Assembly (NCBI RefSeq): GCF_000025945.1
Contig: NC_006138.1
Coordinates: 1,230,001 to 1,262,000 of the forward strand
DNA: 32,000 nt
Reading direction: 5' to 3'
Source of the DNA: Desulfotalea psychrophila LSv54
GTDB lineage: Bacteria; Desulfobacterota; Desulfobulbia; Desulfobulbales; Desulfocapsaceae
Part shown: piece after piece, positions 28,726 to 32,000 of the stretch
Layout: the number at the start of each line of letters is the position of its first letter
Numbering within the stretch: the stretch's first letter is position 1
Position numbers and translations under genes: made by a program
The notes under the pieces: model-generated
Told to the model about the DNA's origin: nothing
The model's input: the letters and a program-made list of their open reading frames with translations, nothing else
Database searches by the model: none

Positions 28726-28775
28726 TTTCCTGATTTTTTTAACGGAATAAAATATACTATAACGAGGTATTTATC

Positions 28776-29147
28776 ATGGCTGTAACTAAAGAAGACGTAA
28801 TTGATTTCATCGCTGGCATGTCTGTTCTTGAGCTTTCTGAGTTGATCGGTGAGTTCGAAGAGAAATTCGGTGTTTCTGCTGCTGCTCCTGTTGCAGTTGC
28901 TGCTGCTGGTGTAGCTGCTGAAGCTGTAGAAGAGAAGACTGAATTCGACGTAATTCTTGCTTCTGCTGGTAGCGAGAAAATCAAAGTAATTAAAGAAGTT
29001 CGCGCTATCACCGGTCTTGGACTTAAAGAAGCTAAGTCTCTTGTAGAGTCTGCTCCTGCAGCTCTTAAAGAGGGTGTTTCTAAGGACGAAGCAGCAGAGC
29101 TCAAAGCTAAGCTCGAAGCTGTTGGTGCAACTGCAGAAGTTAAGTAA
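28776..29147 (+). CDS. rplL: 50S ribosomal protein L7/L12
   Basis: [71 protein letters not shown]. Confidence 0.98.
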   Translation: MAVTKEDVIDFIAGMSVLELSELIGEFEEKFGVSAAAPVAVAAAGVAAEAVEEKTEFDVILASAGSEKIKVIKEVRAITGLGLKEAKSLVESAPAALKEGVSKDEAAELKAKLEAVGATAEVK

Positions 29148-29194
29148 TTAACTTTGCAGTATGTGCATATATACTTAATGTGTGCACGACCAAG

Positions 29195-29246
29195 CTTGAA
29201 AAACACGCTACAGGCACAGACCTGTAGCGTGTTTCGCTTTTTCAAG
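29195..29246 (+). terminator. Strong hairpin / candidate terminator-attenuator in the rplL-rpoB spacer
   Basis: Inner 14-bp perfect stem AAACACGCTACAGG (29201-29214)/CCTGTAGCGTGTTT (29221-29234); outer CTTGAA/TTCAAG (29195-29200/29241-29246) around an asymmetric cgcttt; short T tract. Confidence 0.7.
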
Positions 29247-29569
29247 TGATGATGAAAAATACAAAAAAATGTCTGTGAAAACTTGTAGTTAGGGCTGGAT
29301 ATGCTGGTTGTGTCGGTTTTGTTTTATGAATCTTAAAAGCCAAAAAGGTCACGTCCATGATAAAAAATTACCACAAAAATGCTGTCTCATCTTTTTTTTA
29401 CCCTAATGCAATGTTGTTTTCCACCTCAGCCTTATTTATAGGCAACACACTTTTTTCCACTCCTTTACGATACTGTTGTAAGTAAGAAATTATTTATAAC
29501 AATTGTTCATCCGTTTTGCACTAACAAGGTTTATCGTAACGAATTTATCAGGCTATATCGAGGACGACT

Positions 29570-32000
29570 ATGGAACGAGTTAGAAAGAATTTTGCCACTG
29601 CTGATAATGTACTTGAGCCACCGCATCTTATTTCTATGCAGCGCATCTCCTATGAGGAGTTTTTACAAATAGACCGCGCTCCCGAAGAAAGAGAAGATGT
29701 TGGCCTTCAGGCAATTCTCAAGAATATTTTCCCGATTAATGATTTTAACGGTCTGTGTTCCTTAGAATTTTTGAAGTATAAGTTTGGTGAGCCTAAGTAC
29801 ACTGTACAGGAGTGTCAACAGCGTGGTATGAGTTACGAGATACCACTTAAGATTGTTGTGCGCCTGATAACTTTTGATGTAGATGAAGAAACCGGTGTTC
29901 AGACCATTAGAGATATGAAGGAGCAGGAAGTTTTCCTTGGCTCTCTTCCTCTTATGACCGCTGATGGTGTTTTCGTTGTCAATGGTACAGAGCGTGTTAT
30001 TGTTTCTCAGCTTCAACGATCTCCGGGACTTTTCTACAGTCATGATAACGGTAAGAGTCACTCTAGTGGAAAGCTATTGTACTCTGCACGTATCATCCCT
30101 GTACGTGGTTCTTGGATTGATCTTGAATTTGATATTAAAGATGTTCTGCATGTTCGTATTGATCGCAGAAGAAAGTTTCCTGTAACTACTCTGCTCAAGG
30201 CCCTTGGGTACAGTAGTGAAGAGCTCCTCAGAGAGTTTTATCCTCTTGAAAATGTTAAACTTAGCGATGGAAAATACTGGGTGCGTTTTGTAGCAGAGCA
30301 CACAGCGGGCCAGCGTTTAGAGTTTGATTTAGTAAACCCTCAAGATGGTGAGATCCTCGCTAAGAAGGGGCGTAAAATTAGCAAGGCCCTCTGTCGCAAG
30401 GCTGTCGAAGCTGGCATCGAATTTATCGAGGCTTCCAGTGAGACAATTTTGGGTAAAGTTCTCGCATCCGCTATTACCCTGGCTGGCGCCGAAGAACCTC
30501 TCTACCCTTGTAATACAGAAATTACTGAGACCGTATTAGAAAATTTGGCCGAGAATGGTATTAATGAGTTTGAAACCCTTTTTATGGATGGTGTTAACTA
30601 CTCTGCATCCTTCAGCCATACCCTCAGGCTTGATAAGGTAATCACTACAGCGGAAGCTCTGTTGGAAATTTACCGTCGTCTGCGTCCGTCATCGCCTCCT
30701 ACCCTGGAAATTGCCACGACATTTTTTGAGAATCTGTTCTTTAATCCAGATCTCTACGACCTTTCCGAGGTTGGACGTTATAAGATTAACGCAAAATTAG
30801 GTCTCAAAACAGATATTGAGCACCGTGCCCTTACCAGAGATGATATCATTTATGGTGTTCGTTATCTTGTGCGTCTGAAAGACAATCAAGGCGGCATCGA
30901 TGATATTGATCATCTTGGTAATCGTCGTGTGCGTACCGTAGGTGAGTTGGTTGAAAATCAGTACCGCATGGGACTGGTTCGTATGGAACGTGCGATCAAA
31001 GAGCGTATGACTCTGCAAGATGTAGAGACCCTTATGCCCCATGATCTTATCAATCCAAAGCCAATTTCAGCTGCAATCAAAGAGTTTTTTGGTACTTCCC
31101 AGCTGTCTCAGTTTATGGATCAGACCAATGCTCTTTCCGAGGTCACCCACAAGAGACGTCTTTCAGCTCTTGGACCCGGCGGTCTTTCTCGCGAGCGAGC
31201 AGGTTTTGAAGTACGTGATGTTCATCCAACCCATTATGGTCGAATTTGTCCGATTGAAACTCCAGAGGGACCAAATATTGGTCTTATTGTTTCTCTCGCC
31301 ACCTACGCCCGGGTAAATCCATATGGTTTTATTGAAACTCCATATCGTAAGGTTGAAAATCGTGTTATTTTAGATGATATTAGATATTTAAGTGCACTTG
31401 AAGAGCAGAAGCAGATTATAGCTCCTGCCCTTGTCGCCCTTGAAGCCGATCACCAGTCCATCTCTGAAGGCAATCTTATTGCCCGTGAAGAGGGTGATGT
31501 TATAACTATAGGTTCGGATAATGTAACCTATATGGATGTTGCTCCGAATCAGATGATCTCGGTGGCAGCCTCTCTTGTCCCATTTCTTGAAAATGATGAT
31601 GCTAACCGGGCCCTGATGGGGTCGAACATGCAACGTCAGGCCGTACCACTTCTTGTTACCGCAGCACCGCTTGTTGGTACAGGCATGGAACGTTATGTAG
31701 CCCGTGATTCTGGTGCCTGTCTGCTCAGTGCTGGCGATGGCGTGGTTGAAGAGGTTGATTCGAATCGGGTCGTTGTGCGTTACGATAAGCCCGGCGTTGA
31801 TGGTTATGATACTGGTGTGGCGGTATATCGTCTTACCAAGTATAAAAAATCTAACCAGAACACCTGTTTTACTCAAACGCCAACCATTCTTCCTGGCCTT
31901 AAGGTGGAGAAGGGAACTCTTCTTGCCGATGGTCCTGGTTGCGAGGCTGGTGAGCTTGCCCTTGGTAAAAATCTTACCGTTGCCTTCATGCCTTGGCGTG
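29570..32000 (+). CDS. rpoB: DNA-directed RNA polymerase beta subunit (partial, runs off the window)
   Basis: Manual translation: MERVRKNFATADNVLEPPHLISMQRISYEEFLQ..., NGTERVIVSQLQRSPGLFYSHDNGK, SQFMDQTNALSEVTHKRRLSALGPGGLSRERAGFEVRDVHPTHYGRICPIETPEGPNIGLI. Absent from the ORF track, presumably because there is no stop in the window. Confidence 0.98.
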   Translation, partial: MERVRKNFATADNVLEPPHLISMQRISYEEFLQIDRAPEEREDVGLQAILKNIFPINDFNGLCSLEFLKYKFGEPKYTVQECQQRGMSYEIPLKIVVRLITFDVDEETGVQTIRDMKEQEVFLGSLPLMTADGVFVVNGTERVIVSQLQRSPGLFYSHDNGKSHSSGKLLYSARIIPVRGSWIDLEFDIKDVLHVRIDRRRKFPVTTLLKALGYSSEELLREFYPLENVKLSDGKYWVRFVAEHTAGQRLEFDLVNPQDGEILAKKGRKISKALCRKAVEAGIEFIEASSETILGKVLASAITLAGAEEPLYPCNTEITETVLENLAENGINEFETLFMDGVNYSASFSHTLRLDKVITTAEALLEIYRRLRPSSPPTLEIATTFFENLFFNPDLYDLSEVGRYKINAKLGLKTDIEHRALTRDDIIYGVRYLVRLKDNQGGIDDIDHLGNRRVRTVGELVENQYRMGLVRMERAIKERMTLQDVETLMPHDLINPKPISAAIKEFFGTSQLSQFMDQTNALSEVTHKRRLSALGPGGLSRERAGFEVRDVHPTHYGRICPIETPEGPNIGLIVSLATYARVNPYGFIETPYRKVENRVILDDIRYLSALEEQKQIIAPALVALEADHQSISEGNLIAREEGDVITIGSDNVTYMDVAPNQMISVAASLVPFLENDDANRALMGSNMQRQAVPLLVTAAPLVGTGMERYVARDSGACLLSAGDGVVEEVDSNRVVVRYDKPGVDGYDTGVAVYRLTKYKKSNQNTCFTQTPTILPGLKVEKGTLLADGPGCEAGELALGKNLTVAFMPWR

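Overview
The window reads as a core-genome segment of a sulfate-reducing bacterium. From gene content and sequence style it is probably a Desulfotalea/Desulfobulbaceae-like organism; that is inference, as no database was searched. In order it carries: thiE; a small Cys-rich hypothetical; hflK/hflC (minus); GTP-type PEP carboxykinase (minus); tRNA-Leu(CAG) (minus); ribF; two TPR proteins flanking a DVU0298-like gene that is split by an apparent frameshift; ribE-ribBA-ribH-nusB; ftsK; aprB-aprA; qmoA-qmoB-qmoC; a tRNA-Thr/Tyr/Gly/Thr-tuf cluster; rpmG; tRNA-Trp; secE-nusG-rplK-rplA-rplJ-rplL; and the 5' part of rpoB, which runs off the window. I found no CRISPR array, transposon, prophage, toxin-antitoxin or defence-like system. 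I also see no convincing evidence of a wholly new multi-gene system. The observations most worth a second look are: (i) the frameshifted conserved Zn-finger/HEAT-like gene at 8401-9542; (ii) a hairpin-rich 360-nt pckG-hflK intergenic region; (iii) a potential multi-branched RNA between qmoB and qmoC; (iv) a Cys-rich hypothetical protein next to thiE; and (v) structured spacers inside the ribosomal protein/rpo cluster, including an L10-leader-like element and a strong rplL-rpoB hairpin.
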